Source: Azolla caroliniana (lineage: Eukaryota > Plantae > Polypodiophyta). Taken from it: a stretch of 64,000 nt of DNA. Positions 24,101-35,951 of this stretch are shown piece after piece. Position 1 is the stretch's first letter. Every line of letters starts with the position of its first letter. The DNA is taken from assembly GCA_043228905.1 (NCBI GenBank), contig JBHGNT010000018.1, positions 7,750,001 to 7,814,000 of the forward strand. Direction: 5' to 3'. The translations under genes were made by a program, and so were the position numbers. Under the pieces are notes generated by a model that made no database searches, was not told the origin of the DNA, and saw nothing but the letters and a program-made list of their open reading frames with translations.

Positions 24101-25330
24101 GTCGGTCCCACATGACATTATTAGGGCTGAGTTCACTCTACCCCCTATGTTAGTAGAAGCACTTTTTCAACTTGTAGTCTTTATCCACAGGATACATAAC
24201 CAACCACTTGATAGAATATCCCATCAAGCCTTTAAGGCTTCTCGAGCATTGTATGAGTCCGACTATACTAGCTCATGGTATGGCATGATGGCGAGTTGGC
24301 TTCTTGCCAACGGTCTAGACATTAATAACCCCCCCCCCCCCCCCCCCCCCCTTAAGTACGACCACACGACTGATAACACTTTAATCTCTCATGAGGACCG
24401 TAATAAAGTAATACGCCAAGAAATATGGCAAATTTATACTCGGTATAAATGGATCACCCCACTAGAGCCACTCCCATCTAAAATGTCGTACTATAAGGAA
24501 CACTTTATGCACTTCTCTAAGTTAGGTTTTATTACGCGGCCAAGATATCTAGATGTATTCTTACCACATGCACTAAGGGTTGCCATTGGTCAACTTAGAA
24601 TATCATCTCACCAACTTGAGATTGAGAATGGACATACTAATGAAGTCCCTAGGGAGGAAAGGATATGTAGGTTATGCCACATAGAGATAGAGGATGAGTA
24701 CCATTTTACATGCAAATGCCCCAAGACATACTTGGTTCCTCTCCCACCCTCCCTAAACTATTAGATACACTAGATATAAAGAAATTAGGTAGATACATCT
24801 TAGAATTGAAACAACACAGAGAGAATAAGTTACAAAACGTTGATAATAATGTTGCTAATGTTTACCAACATGTAACAAATGAAGTTTTTCAGGAACAGGG
24901 GGAGACAATGAATGTCGACACACCTGCACCACTCGGGTTTTTCCTTGATGAAGCAGAAAATCAAAGAAGAACCAAATGCCCTTGTATGCCGGGTTTCAAA
25001 GCAACTCGACGAGATGTAGAAGCAATAAAGAAAATAAGGGAACGTGAACTACACCACTTAGAAGCCATGGCTAGGGCACTCTATACACCGGGACCATGGG
25101 TCACACCCACACCAAAAACTTTTGACCTCCCACTTCTTTTTGAGAGACTTGGGTAGAAATGAGATTAGGCTCAGTGCAAAGTTTTGTACACTACTAGAAC
25201 TCTCTTAGCTAAAGCTATTTTCTTTTATTTTAGTTTTGATGATTGGATAAACACTCATTTTTGTTGTAAACCAATTGTCTCATGGGCCAAATTTGGCCTT
25301 AGAAGACGTTAATATATCATTCTTTCTTTC
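21181..25330 (+). mobile_element. RTEX-like LINE 1, 5'-truncated within ORF1, with (TTTC)n tail
   Basis: ORF1 tail IYLDQDLTKMQ...ARKEG (to 21428), APE endonuclease (GDFNAR, IDY, ADH), RT (GVKQGCPLSP, LLYADD), and C-terminal ICRLC..EDEYHFTCKC. Flanked by (CT)n on both sides. Confidence 0.88.
21435..25156 (+). pseudogene. LINE 1 ORF2 (endonuclease-RT-zinc finger), with premature stops
   Basis: Collinear ORFs 21435-21902, 21981-22949, 22989-23273, 23310-23954, 23982-24764 and 24710-25156. Confidence 0.9.
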
Positions 25331-25406
25331 TCTTTCTCTCTCTCTCTCTCCTAGCGTTTTCTTTCTTTCTGTGCGTCTGTTTCTCTCCCTCCATCATTAT
25401 CTACGT

Positions 25407-25601
25407 TAACGAATTTTTATTTGCTGAATTCTGTTGCCAGAGTGAGGAGTTATGAGCATTTTCATCTGCAACCCTCTTTGTCCCGCGGCTCCTCAAACTC
25501 AATAAGCTCTAACGAATTTTTATTTGCTGAATTCTGTTGCCGAAGTGAGGAGTTATAGCATTTTCATCTGCAACCCTCTTTGCCCCGCGGCTCCTCAAAC
25601 T
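25407..25601. repeat. About 103-bp tandem duplication in the LINE 2 5' UTR
   Basis: TAACGAATTTTTATTTGCTGAATTCTGTTGCC...CTCCTCAAACT occurs twice. Confidence 0.9.
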
Positions 25602-25675
25602 GAAGGTAGATTTTGAAACCCTAAATCGATTGAAAGGTACATTCTACTTCTTCTATCATTTTATTAATAATAAAT

Positions 25676-26479
25676 ATGCCAAGAGGAGTAAAAGCCAATG
25701 ATGATGTGATTGAAAGCCCAAACAATCAAATGCATACATTGTCAATGGAAAAGATCGCAACTATGTATATCTCATTGCAAGAGATAGTGATGCATATGCA
25801 AAGCGAATTGTATGCTTGTAAGGAGAGGGAATTAACACTGGAAATGCAAAAGTTAGAGATGAAAGCTTTGCGTGAAGAACTACATGAAATGAAGAACATG
25901 ACTATTCAAATGCAAGATAATAGGATGCTTGAAATCGAAAGAAAAATGTTGAGTCTTGAAGCAGAAAAAGAGATTTTAGTGAAGGCAAATGCCGAAATAA
26001 AATCTACAATTGAAGGGAAGGAAGATGTGATCATGACAAGGTGGAAAGATGTTCTCTTGAAAGAAACACCAAAAATCATGCAAAAACATCCTAATACCAT
26101 GGATGTGTTAGATGTAAAGGAGCAATATGAAATCGAAAGAAGAAAGAATAATATTGTCATTAGAGGTATGCAAGAGAATGAAATAGAGAATACATTATCT
26201 CTTGGACAAAATATTACGAAATTCTTTGAGGATCACTTTCCTATGCGAGATGGTATTGTATATGCCGCACATCGGGTTGGCAAAAAGCAACAAGAGGGAA
26301 AGACATCTCGAGCTATTGTTTGTACAATCCTCGATGAATGTAAAAGGGCAATGATTCTAGATAGTAGTAAGGTGCACTTAAAAGGGACAAGTTATTTTGT
26401 AACGGAAGATAGAACTCCACAAGAGCAAGAACGTAGAAGGCAAGCATATGCATCTCGCAAAGCAAATCAAAATGCATAG
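25676..26479 (+). CDS. LINE ORF1p (coiled coil plus RRM-like domain), open
   Basis: 267 aa; heptad-rich N-half, ERRKNNIVIRG, AHRVGK and VTEDRT motifs typical of LINE ORF1. Confidence 0.85.
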   Translation: MPRGVKANDDVIESPNNQMHTLSMEKIATMYISLQEIVMHMQSELYACKERELTLEMQKLEMKALREELHEMKNMTIQMQDNRMLEIERKMLSLEAEKEILVKANAEIKSTIEGKEDVIMTRWKDVLLKETPKIMQKHPNTMDVLDVKEQYEIERRKNNIVIRGMQENEIENTLSLGQNITKFFEDHFPMRDGIVYAAHRVGKKQQEGKTSRAIVCTILDECKRAMILDSSKVHLKGTSYFVTEDRTPQEQERRRQAYASRKANQNA

Positions 26480-26485
26480 CAAGCA

Positions 26486-29400
26486 ATGACCTATGGGACT
26501 ATAAGTGCTTCACGATTGAAAGTAATGTTTTGGAATTGTAGAGGATATCCATGGAATAAGGGTTTAGGATTCAATGATGTAGCTCAAGGTATGGATATTA
26601 TATTTTTGGCTAAAACATGGAAGCATGAGGCAAAACGTATACTTAAGATAGACGGGTTACCTCATAAAATTGATATGGCCTCACTCCAAAGGGAATATTG
26701 GGCGTGCCGGGATAGCATGTATCTACCATGAGAGCTTAGATAATTCTATCAAAGTATGCAAATATGATGACTATAAGAGATACATATGGATAGAGGTTAA
26801 TTTGGGGAAAGAGAAGTTGTATATAGTTGCATGTTACATTCCTCACAAAGACTCAAACTACTATAGTAGGTTTGGGTTAGATTGTGATGATCCTTTACAG
26901 AGTTATGCCACGATATACTTTCATTTGAGAAGCTTGGTAAAGTTTTAATTATGGGAGACTTCAATGCAAGAGTTGGAAATTTCCAAAACGTAGAGACATT
27001 TGAAGAAAATGTAGTAGAACATTGTCTATTGTGTGACTCAGAGGATTGTATCATGTCAGATTATGGAAAACCTTTGATACATATGCTAAATTGCACAAAC
27101 ATGATTATCCTAAATGGTATAAAGGCATTCCCATTGACAAATGTGCTCACATGTTTACCATCCTCGGGTGGAGGAAGTGTGGTTGATTATGCGTTAATGT
27201 TGGCATGTGATCTATCATTGGTGAATGTGTTTAAACTTGGTTCTCTATCTCCGGACTCAGACCACAAGCCATTGTACTTAGAGCGTGCAATTCCACATTC
27301 CACTAGATGTCGTGAAGTGAAAGACGAAAAGAGATGTATCATCCGACCTTGCTACGAAAAAGCTAAGATGTATGCAAATGAAGTGGAGAACCATTTGTTA
27401 AATTTTTCTCTAAGCAATGATGTTAAAGAAAATTGGCAACATTTGAAGGATATAATCCTTAAGGTTGGATATCAATGCTTTAAGAGACATGTGGGTGGGC
27501 ATAAGGTGTGTAGTTTTCCATGTAATTCTTGGTTCGACGATGAATGTAAGATGTATCTCAAATGGTTTAAGTCCATAGAAGGGGGGAATGAAAATATTGT
27601 TGCATGGCACATATATAAGAAAGTAGTGAGGAGAAAGAAAAGAAGATATTTCCAAATGCAAGAGATGAAAAAGAAAAACTTGTTTAAGCTCAAACCAAAA
27701 TTAGCATGGGGACAACTCAAGGGTAAGAAAGAAGATGTGAAAGGTCACTTTACAAATGAAGAGATGCCAGAATATGTACAAATGTTATATATGCATGAAG
27801 GTGTGGCTCCTATGGTTGAGAAAATTGAAACTCCATGCACTACATGTATTGATATTGATGATGTCAATAAGGGACAAAGAAGATGGCAAGTGGGAAAGCA
27901 GCAGATTCAACCTACGTCTCAAGTGAGCTTTTAAAATGGACAATGCCACACACTCGTTATTGGATAATGACAATTTTAGAGCAAGCTATAAAACAAGGAT
28001 TTCCAAATGAGTGGCTTATGAATTGGATTAAACCAATATTTAAAGGCAGAGATAAGAATCAAGTAGAAAATTATCGTACAATAATGGTGAGCTCAACTAT
28101 TGCTAAATTATATAGTACTATTATGGAGCAAAAGATAAGCACATGGGCTGAGAGTACAAGCAAAAGAGCACTTGGGCAAGCTGGATTTAGACCAAAACAG
28201 TCCATCGTGGATCACTTGGTCACATTAAGAGTAATCATGGAAGAGAGTCGACTTCAAGGAAAAACACTTTATTGTTGTTTTGTTGATTTCAAGAAAGCTT
28301 TTGATACCGTACCACGAAATGAGCTTTGGAATAGAATGGTAGACATTGACATGCCATTGGAGTACCGAGTTGCGGTTGCACGCCAATATGAACAAGTTAA
28401 ATGACAACTAAAAATAGATAGTGGATTCTCAAAGAGCTTTTTAAGTAACATGGGGGTAAAGCAAGGATGTCCATTATCACCCACACTCTTTGGCTTATGT
28501 ATTGATAAATTAGAAGAAGTGGTGAATAAGGTTGCAAGAGAAGAAGGAAGGAATGACCCCAATTTGATGCAACATGTTATCTTATTGCTTCTTTATGCAG
28601 ATGATGTGGTACTCTTCTCATATGATGTTGATAGTATGCAACATTTACTTGGGGTATTAGAAGAATTTTGCCATAGTAGTGGACTAGCAGTGAATGTGGA
28701 GAAAACAAAAATGATGGTAGTGCAAACCATCCAACCTCATCATTACCCTCTGCTCACATATAAAGGTGAACATATACAATTTGTTAAAAGCTTTAAATAT
28801 CTTGGTATTGATGTACCCGCCACAAATAAATGTAGTGCATGCTTTGATTCTAGACTCCAAGCCGGTTGGAAATCATATTACCTTTTGGAGAACCAATGCA
28901 ACCTGATACTTGTGGATGGGAAGTAAAATTAAGGTTCAATGCCATGGTAATTCAAGTATTGCTTTATGGAGTAGAAGTATGGGGTGGCACCATCTCTCTT
29001 AATGCATGGAACAAGATTGAGAAAATTCAAAAGATGTTTTTAAGGAGGCAATTAGGAGTTAAATGCACTACCTCTTACCAGGTTATGCTCTTGGAAACGG
29101 GTGTTCGACCCATAGAACTATTGGCACTCCAAAGTCAAGAATACATTACAAAAGTCAAGAATATGCCGAATCATCGATTACCACATCTTTCTTGGAATGT
29201 TGGATGTCAGCTACAAAAGAATCATAAAAGTAAGATTCTCTCATCTGGTTGGGTTGTTGACATAAAGAAATGGTTTAGAAGATGGGGTGTGGATGATCTT
29301 TTAGAGCTTTCTGGCAATGCTATGAAATATGTAATGATTGAGGAAAGGTTGGTGGAATCATTAAGCATGAAGTGGGAGGATGCTAAGAGGACAAAGCTAG

Positions 29401-29816
29401 AATACTACATTGCAAATGTCAACCCTGAATGTTGGTCTCAATATAAAGCAAGAATGTCTATTGATCGTATCCAACCTTGTCTCATTACCAATATGAGTAG
29501 CAATGCTCGTAGAGACCTTACACTACTTCGCACTCGATCTCACAAGTTAGGTATTGAAGTTGCATCATGGTATCAAAATGTAACGAATTTGAAGACATGT
29601 AAAGTATGCAATGAAGGCATGGTAGAGGATGAATGTCACTTGCTCTTCACATGCTCAACATATAGTGCAATTCGTTCAAGATATGTTGACATAGTAAGAG
29701 CCAGTGATAACTTAAGATCCATACTTAAGACACCACCTAGACGGTTGAGCTCATATGTGTATGCTTTATTAACACATAGAGACTTTGTGCTTCAACATAT
29801 GAATACCCCTTTTTAG
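26486..29816 (+). pseudogene. LINE 2 ORF2 (APE-RT-CCHC), frameshifted
   Basis: FWNCRG, MGDFNARVG, SDHKP, QAGFRP, VDFKKAFD, LLYADD and CKVC..VEDECHLLFTC motifs. Confidence 0.9.
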
Positions 29817-29906
29817 GAAGGAGACATATATCAAGAACACATGTATACTCTGGTCCCATAGGTCAAAATTGGCCTCTTTATGGACGATAAAATTCTAATT
29901 CTAATT

Positions 29907-30692
29907 CTAATTCCCCATGCCTTTGATGTTGTTACTTCCACTTACAACCTGTTGTCCTCTTCCTTGATAATTGTTGTTGGTTTTCGCTGAACCAAATCTT
30001 CCATGGCCTCTTACTCGGCCTCTTCCAGCACTATTGTAGAGGGCTTGCCCCTCAGTCTCAGAGTTTCCTTTGTTTACATCATCCATTTGATTTCTTTCTT
30101 CCACTACAAGCATTGAAACTAGATCTGGAAAACTTGGGATGTTATCCCTTGTGAGAATAGAAGTTTTGAAGCTTTTATATTGAGGTCCTAAACCTCTTAA
30201 GCATATTTCCACCTTATCATCATCTTGTACCTTCACATTCATAGAAGCAAGTGATTCACATATGCTCTTTATTTTCAGAGCATACTCATTCACTGACATC
30301 TTACCTTTTTCCAAGGTATTTAGCTCAGTCTTCAACTGAAGATTTCTAGCCTTTATGTTCACTGCAAACATTTTTACTAAACTGTCCCGAGCTTCTTTTG
30401 GAAGCATAGCATCCTGTATGTATCCAAGCATCGAATCTGAGATGCTAAATGAGAGCCAATGCAATACTTTCCTTGCCCCTTGATTCCATTCCTTAAATGC
30501 TTTAATCTGTACAACGGTTACATTTTCTTCAAGGATCTCTGGAGCCTCTTCTAGGTCTCCTTCAATGTAATCCCAATATCTTTTTCCCATTAGGAAATTT
30601 GTCATTCTGAATTTCCACGCCGGGAAATTATTTTTATCCAGCTTTTCTGTGACTATTTGGCTTCCATTCTCAAAAACCATTCTCTCTTTCAA
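29907..30692 (-). pseudogene. gag: copia B gag N-terminal part
   Basis: KLDKNNFPAWKFRM (copia gag N-terminus); truncated by the LINE 2 insertion. Confidence 0.9.
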
Positions 30693-31190
30693 TTAGGGTT
30701 AACTTCATAGAAAACTCTCTCTTTGATTCAGATCAACAACTAGAAACAAACTTCTCAGATCTGTACTGTTTCGATCTTCTTTACGAGCAACTCTGCTCTG
30801 ATACCATGTTACGAAGGCGCTACGCTACGACTTTTTACCTCAGTATATAAGTGACTTATATATGCAACTAATTAGTTGTCAGTAGCTAATTAGCTGTTAG
30901 TAGCTAAATTGTTGTTTCACCTTTATGTCCACTAGTAGCTAATTAGCTATAGCTACTATAGCTTATTTCTCAATAAGCATCACATACCTTTGTTGAGCTT
31001 GCTTCTCAACAAACTTGAGGTTGCATTGTGGTGCTAGTGTCTAGGGTAGCTGGTTCTTTCGTCTGGTTCCTTCTGGCTTCCTCCCGCCTCGCTCGCGCTC
31101 CTCGTCCGGTCCGGTTCCTCCTTTCGCGACCCGTTCGGTTCTGCACTCCTCGTCCTCCTCGGTTGACTTGTCTACTCAACAGGCCCATCT

Positions 31191-32490
31191 TGTTGAGAAT
31201 ATGCGGAATAATGCTCGGCCACAACCGAGTCTTCGATTACTTCGTTGAGAATTACAAACACAGAAATGGGAATGTGGAGATAGATGCACGTATACAAAAA
31301 AAAAGGAAACACTGAAAGAGAGTACACAATATGTTTACGTGGAAAACCCTAAATGTGAAAAACCACGGGGGCCCACAAGCTCCAAACTATCACTATGTCT
31401 AAGAGGAATACAACAGGGGAACACAGAGGCAATGACCTCGTGCTCACAATCTTCGCCTAGCAGCGGTTACAACAGAGACACACTCTGTCTCTCTCTCTTT
31501 CGCTCTGCTATGTAATGTACAACAGTTACACCAATAACTCTATACAAGATCATAACTACACCCCTCTATTTGCCCTAGGTCATATTTATACTAATATGAC
31601 TTTCGGGCTATTTACAAATCTAGCCTCAATGGGCTAATAGAGGACATATTTACATATATGTTCCTTCATACGGTGAGAGGTTCTCATCGGGCTTGCGTCA
31701 TCCAGTTCTCACCAGGTCTTTCTTGCCAGGTACCCATTATCCGGTTCTCACCGGGCCTTCATCATCCCATCCGGAGGGACTGAAATCCTAACAAACTCCC
31801 CCTTCACTTCGGCATGGGATGTCTGGTTAGTCTAATTCGCTTCCGGCATGCGTCCAGTTGGTCAGGTGTCAGCACCTTGGTCAGCATATCCGACCCGTTC
31901 TCCTCCGTGTGGATCTTCATCAGCACAAACTCTCGATCTTCTTCTCGTTCCTGGATCCAGTGGTACCTGCGCTGGATGTGGTTCGTTCGGGAATGGTAGG
32001 CCGCGTTCTTTGCAAGGTGGATTAAACTCTGACTGTCGCAGTAGAGCTGGTATTCCTCTTGTCGGATCCCTAACTCTCCGATGAAGTCCTTCATCCATAA
32101 TATTTCCTTGCCGGCTTCCACAGCTGCCATGTACTCCGCTTTCGTGGTTCACAATGCAATCGTCTTCTGCAGCCTCAACTACCATGAAACAACTCCCCCT
32201 GTATATGTCATAACATATCCCGATGTTGACCGGCTGGTATCCATATCAGCTGACATATTCGAATCGGTGAAACCGTCAAGTTCGGGTTTACCGAAGCCGA
32301 ATCGGAGACACATAGTTGAGGTGCCTTTTAAGTACTGGAGTATCCATTTTACCGCATTCCAGTGCTCCTTGTCGGGATTGCTCATAAATCGGCTCACCAC
32401 TCCGACTGTGTATCTGATATCAGGTCGGGTACACACCATTGCATACATAAAGCTCCCGAAGGCAGAGGCATATGGTATTTTCATCATATC
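31191..32490 (-). mobile_element. Tnt1/Tork-like copia C, 3' part (LTR 31191-31793, PPT, RNase H, RT end)
   Basis: PYASAFGSFMYAMVCTRPD and YCDSQS..HLAKN motifs; PPT 31794-31803. Confidence 0.88.
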
Positions 32491-34605
32491 TGACAAGAAA
32501 TATGCGGAATAATCTCCAGTCACAACCGAAGCGTAGATCACTTGATGACAATCAAACACAGAAGAAATGTGAGTAGATGTAAGTACAGAAACAGAAAGAG
32601 AATACACAAGATGTTAATGTGGAAAACCCTGACAGGGAAAAACCACGGGAGTCCACAGATTCCAAACTATCACTATGTCAAGGAGTACAATAGGGAGCAC
32701 CGAGGCAACGACCTCTTGCTCACAATCTTCGCCTGGCGGCGGTTGAAACAGAGACATGCTATGTATCGCTCTCTCTCTCTCTATACAATGGTTACACCAA
32801 TAACACTATACAAAGATAATCACATCAACTATGATCATTATACACACTGTTTGCCCTAGGTCATATTTATAGTAATATGACATTAGGACTATTTATAGAT
32901 ATAGCCCCAATGGGCTCTCAGAAACATATCTACATATATGTCCCTTCATCCGGTGAGAGGTTCTCACCGGGTCTTCCTTGCAGGGCCTTCGTATCCCATC
33001 CGGAGGGACCGAGATCCTAACAAACTCCCCCTTCACTCCGGCATGGCATGCCTCGTCAATCCGATCCGCTTTTGGCATGCGTCTAGCTTGTCGGGAGTTA
33101 GCGCCTTGGTTAACATATCCGACCCGTTCTCCTCCATGTGGATCTTCGTCTCCATGAAGATAATATCTCGACTCCGGAAAACCTTCTTGTCGACTAGATC
33201 CCACACTCGGTAGCCAAACTCATCATCGCTGTATCCGAGGAATATGCAAGGCCGGGACTTTGGATCCAACTTTGCTCTCCGGTCCTTTGCATCATGCACG
33301 TACGTGAGACACCCGAACACCTTCAGATGCCGGTAAGACACTTCCTTACCGGCCACACTCTTTGCGGCGTGTCTCCGTCCAAGGGTACTAAGGGTGATCT
33401 GTTTATCACGTACGTCGTTGTCGTCAGCGCCTCAGCCCAAAATGTCTTCGGTAACTTTGCATGTGCTAGCATACTCCGGACCTTCTCCGTTATGGTTCGG
33501 TTCATCCTATCGGCTAGCCCATTGAGTTTTGGTGTCTTCGGCACGGTAAATTCGAGCCGGATTCCCTTCGAGCGGCAATACTCCTCGAACTACCCCCGGT
33601 ATTCTCCTCTGTTATCTGATTGAACCGCCTTCAGCTTCTGGCCAGTTTCTCTTTCCACTCTCGCGTGGAGCTCCTTGAAGACGGATAACACTTGATCCTT
33701 CGTCTTCAACGGTGTGGCCCATAGCTTCTGGCTGTGGTCGTCTATGAACATCACGAAGTACTACGATCCAGCATGTGACTTCGTGTCCACTTGACACAGA
33801 TCGGTATGCACCAGCTCCAGTGGTGCATTAAATCTCATTGGTGGCCTTGATCGGAAAGAGGTCCAGCTTTGCTTACCGGCCAGGCAGTCAGTGCACCTCT
33901 CAAGATGCACATCCTTCACTGGAATGAGGTTGTCATCGGCAAGCCTTTTCATCCCCTTATCGCTCATGTGGCACAGTCTCTTGTGCCACAGCTCACCGGC
34001 AGTGTCGAACATATCTGGGCATTCATCAAGTACAGTGTGTTGACCTTCCAGGCTCGAGCCACTATTAGGCTCCCTTTGCAGAACTTCATGACACTGTTCC
34101 GGATGCTACCCGTGTAGCCTTCATCATCTAGCTGACCGACTGATATCAGGTTCAATCGAACCTCTGGAACGTGTCGGACATCCTTCAGCAGCAGCTTGCA
34201 TCCGGTTGATGTTCTCAGCCACATGTCTCCTATGCCGACAATTCGGCATGTACCTTCATTCCCCATCCTGACACAATTGTGATCACCGGATGTGTAGGAT
34301 GAGAAGCATTTTCGGTCCGCGGTCAGGTGGAACGACGCTCCGGAATCGACAAACCACGTTGTCTCGTCGCCGACAAGGTTCAACTCACTCTCCTCGGTGA
34401 TGACCATAAACTCTTCTTCACTTCCCGTGATTGCCGTCCTTCCCGTCCGGTCCGGTGACTGCTTCGAATCGGTACTGTCAGTTTCGTTCTCTTTCTGGAA
34501 ATGCCGACAATTCTTCTGGAAGTGCCCCGGCTTCCCACAATAGAAGCACGTGGGCCTTCCCCTTGACTGTGACCATGTCCTCGACTTTTCCCAGTTCTGG
34601 TGACT
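32491..34605 (-). mobile_element. Tork-like copia D nested in C; RT deleted, 5' end lost
   Basis: LTR 32491-33022. Integrase C-terminus fused to RNase H tail (IIFME|TKIH) at about 33148. Protease WFVDSGAS and knuckle CFYCGKPGHFQKNC present. Confidence 0.85.
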
Positions 34606-35652
34606 GTGTCCAACCACTAGGATCTCCGACTGCCTAAAAGCTGACTTCTCTCCGGAGAAGGTGAGTGACGCATCATCTAGCTTTTGCAACAACTTCTCGC
34701 AGTCGCCGATGTGGTCCACTACGAATATTTGGCACCCTTCCAGCCCAACCGTTTCGTTCTTCTCTCCCACCGGACACCCTTTTATCGGGATATCATCCAA
34801 GAATGGCATCGTGATGTCCGGGATGCAGTCCCTCAGCACCTTGTTCATTGCGTTCACCATGTGCGCCACCGAGTTGGTCCCTCCTTGTGGCAGGGTACAC
34901 ATCCGTACTAGCCCAAGAAGTGTCCGCATCGTCGTAATGTACTTGCTTTCCACGGCTAGTTGGAACTGATCGTACCCCGAGTAGAAATCCCCAACCGAAT
35001 AGATCGACCTTCCAGCGAAGGCCTCTGCGAACTCGTCAATGGTCGGTTCGATCCCGACGTTCCAAATGGTTACCTTGTTGACCGACTGCAGGTCCTAAAG
35101 CACAACGTGTCATTCTTCTTCGGCATGGTAAACCATCGATTTGAATATGGGGCATTCGATGGCTCGAGGATGCCCATCTTCACCTTCTGCTTTAGTAGCT
35201 CCATCAACTTCGGGATGTGAGCTCTAGGTACTGGAATTGGCTTGAGATTCCACGATACATGCGGTAGCATGAAGATAACCATTGGTTCAATGACTATTGG
35301 GTCTATGCACCCGATCTCCTCCGCCGAGAATGTGAAGGCCTTCCCGTGCCTCCCGAGCATTCTCCAAAACCATTCCTCCTCCGCCGACAGTAGAAAGCCA
35401 AGCCCACCGACCTTGAGCTCCCGTAGCGTTATGTCGGTGAACCGGTGTCCTATGCTGGCCAGATCTCGTAAACTTGGGTCCGACGCGACCCCCTTTACCG
35501 CTGCCCTCCAGCAAGGGTGTCGTGACTGGCCTCACCTTCCAGTGCATAGTCTTGTACCTTGTATCCACACGGGCCGTCCGATCCGACTCGACCCCTTTCC
35601 CGAAGTCGGCGATGACTTCGTACATCCATTCCAAACTAACCGGAATCGTCCG

Positions 35653-35951
35653 GGGTGAAAGCATGGGAATGGGAACAATTAGCTATGTCCTTGACATAGC
35701 TAATTAGCTATCTAATTAGCTACACGTAATCTGTATATTTTGGCAATTTTAGGGATGATTAGAATTTGATCTCAAATAAAGACTAGCTAAACGGTGGACC
35801 ATAAATGGTAATATTTCCATCCCCATCATAAATGATACGTATCTTTAAGATCTTCCTACTAAAAATTAGCTATAAAAAAAAAACTATTTAACTGTGGTCA
35901 ATTTACCAGCTAAATAGCTATAATAGTGTTTCTATTTGCATGCTTTCACCC
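35653..35951. mobile_element. MITE (299 bp) with 13-bp TIRs
   Basis: GGGTGAAAGCATG 35653-35665 and CATGCTTTCACCC 35939-35951; TCCG duplicated on both flanks. Excision restores the gypsy frame (GLSEDR|TIPVSLEW). Confidence 0.9.

Larger units (their letters stand above)
25331..29910 (+). mobile_element. RTEX-like LINE 2, near full-length; the first about 100 bp of its 5' UTR probably lie at 21084-21180; (ATTCTA)n tail
   Basis: ORF1 and ORF2 present; microsatellite tail at about 29892-29910 abutting copia B gag. Confidence 0.88.
17145..31011 (-). mobile_element. copia element B, full-length, with gag interrupted by nested LINEs
   Basis: TSD AACTT at 17140-17144 and 31012-31016. 3' LTR 17145-17540; 5' LTR 30807-31011 (internally deleted). 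tRNA-Met PBS 30795-30806; PPT 17541-17548. Confidence 0.93.

Noticed and set aside
25440-25510. HDV-like or hammerhead ribozyme in the LINE 5' UTR duplication
   Set aside because: GAGGAG/CTCCTC can pair, but the P1.1 GG, catalytic J4/2 and CUGAUGA-GAAA cores are absent.
33964-34953. Novel RT-knuckle-protease gene
   Set aside because: Explained by a deletion joining gypsy E RT to copia D; both parts are truncated.
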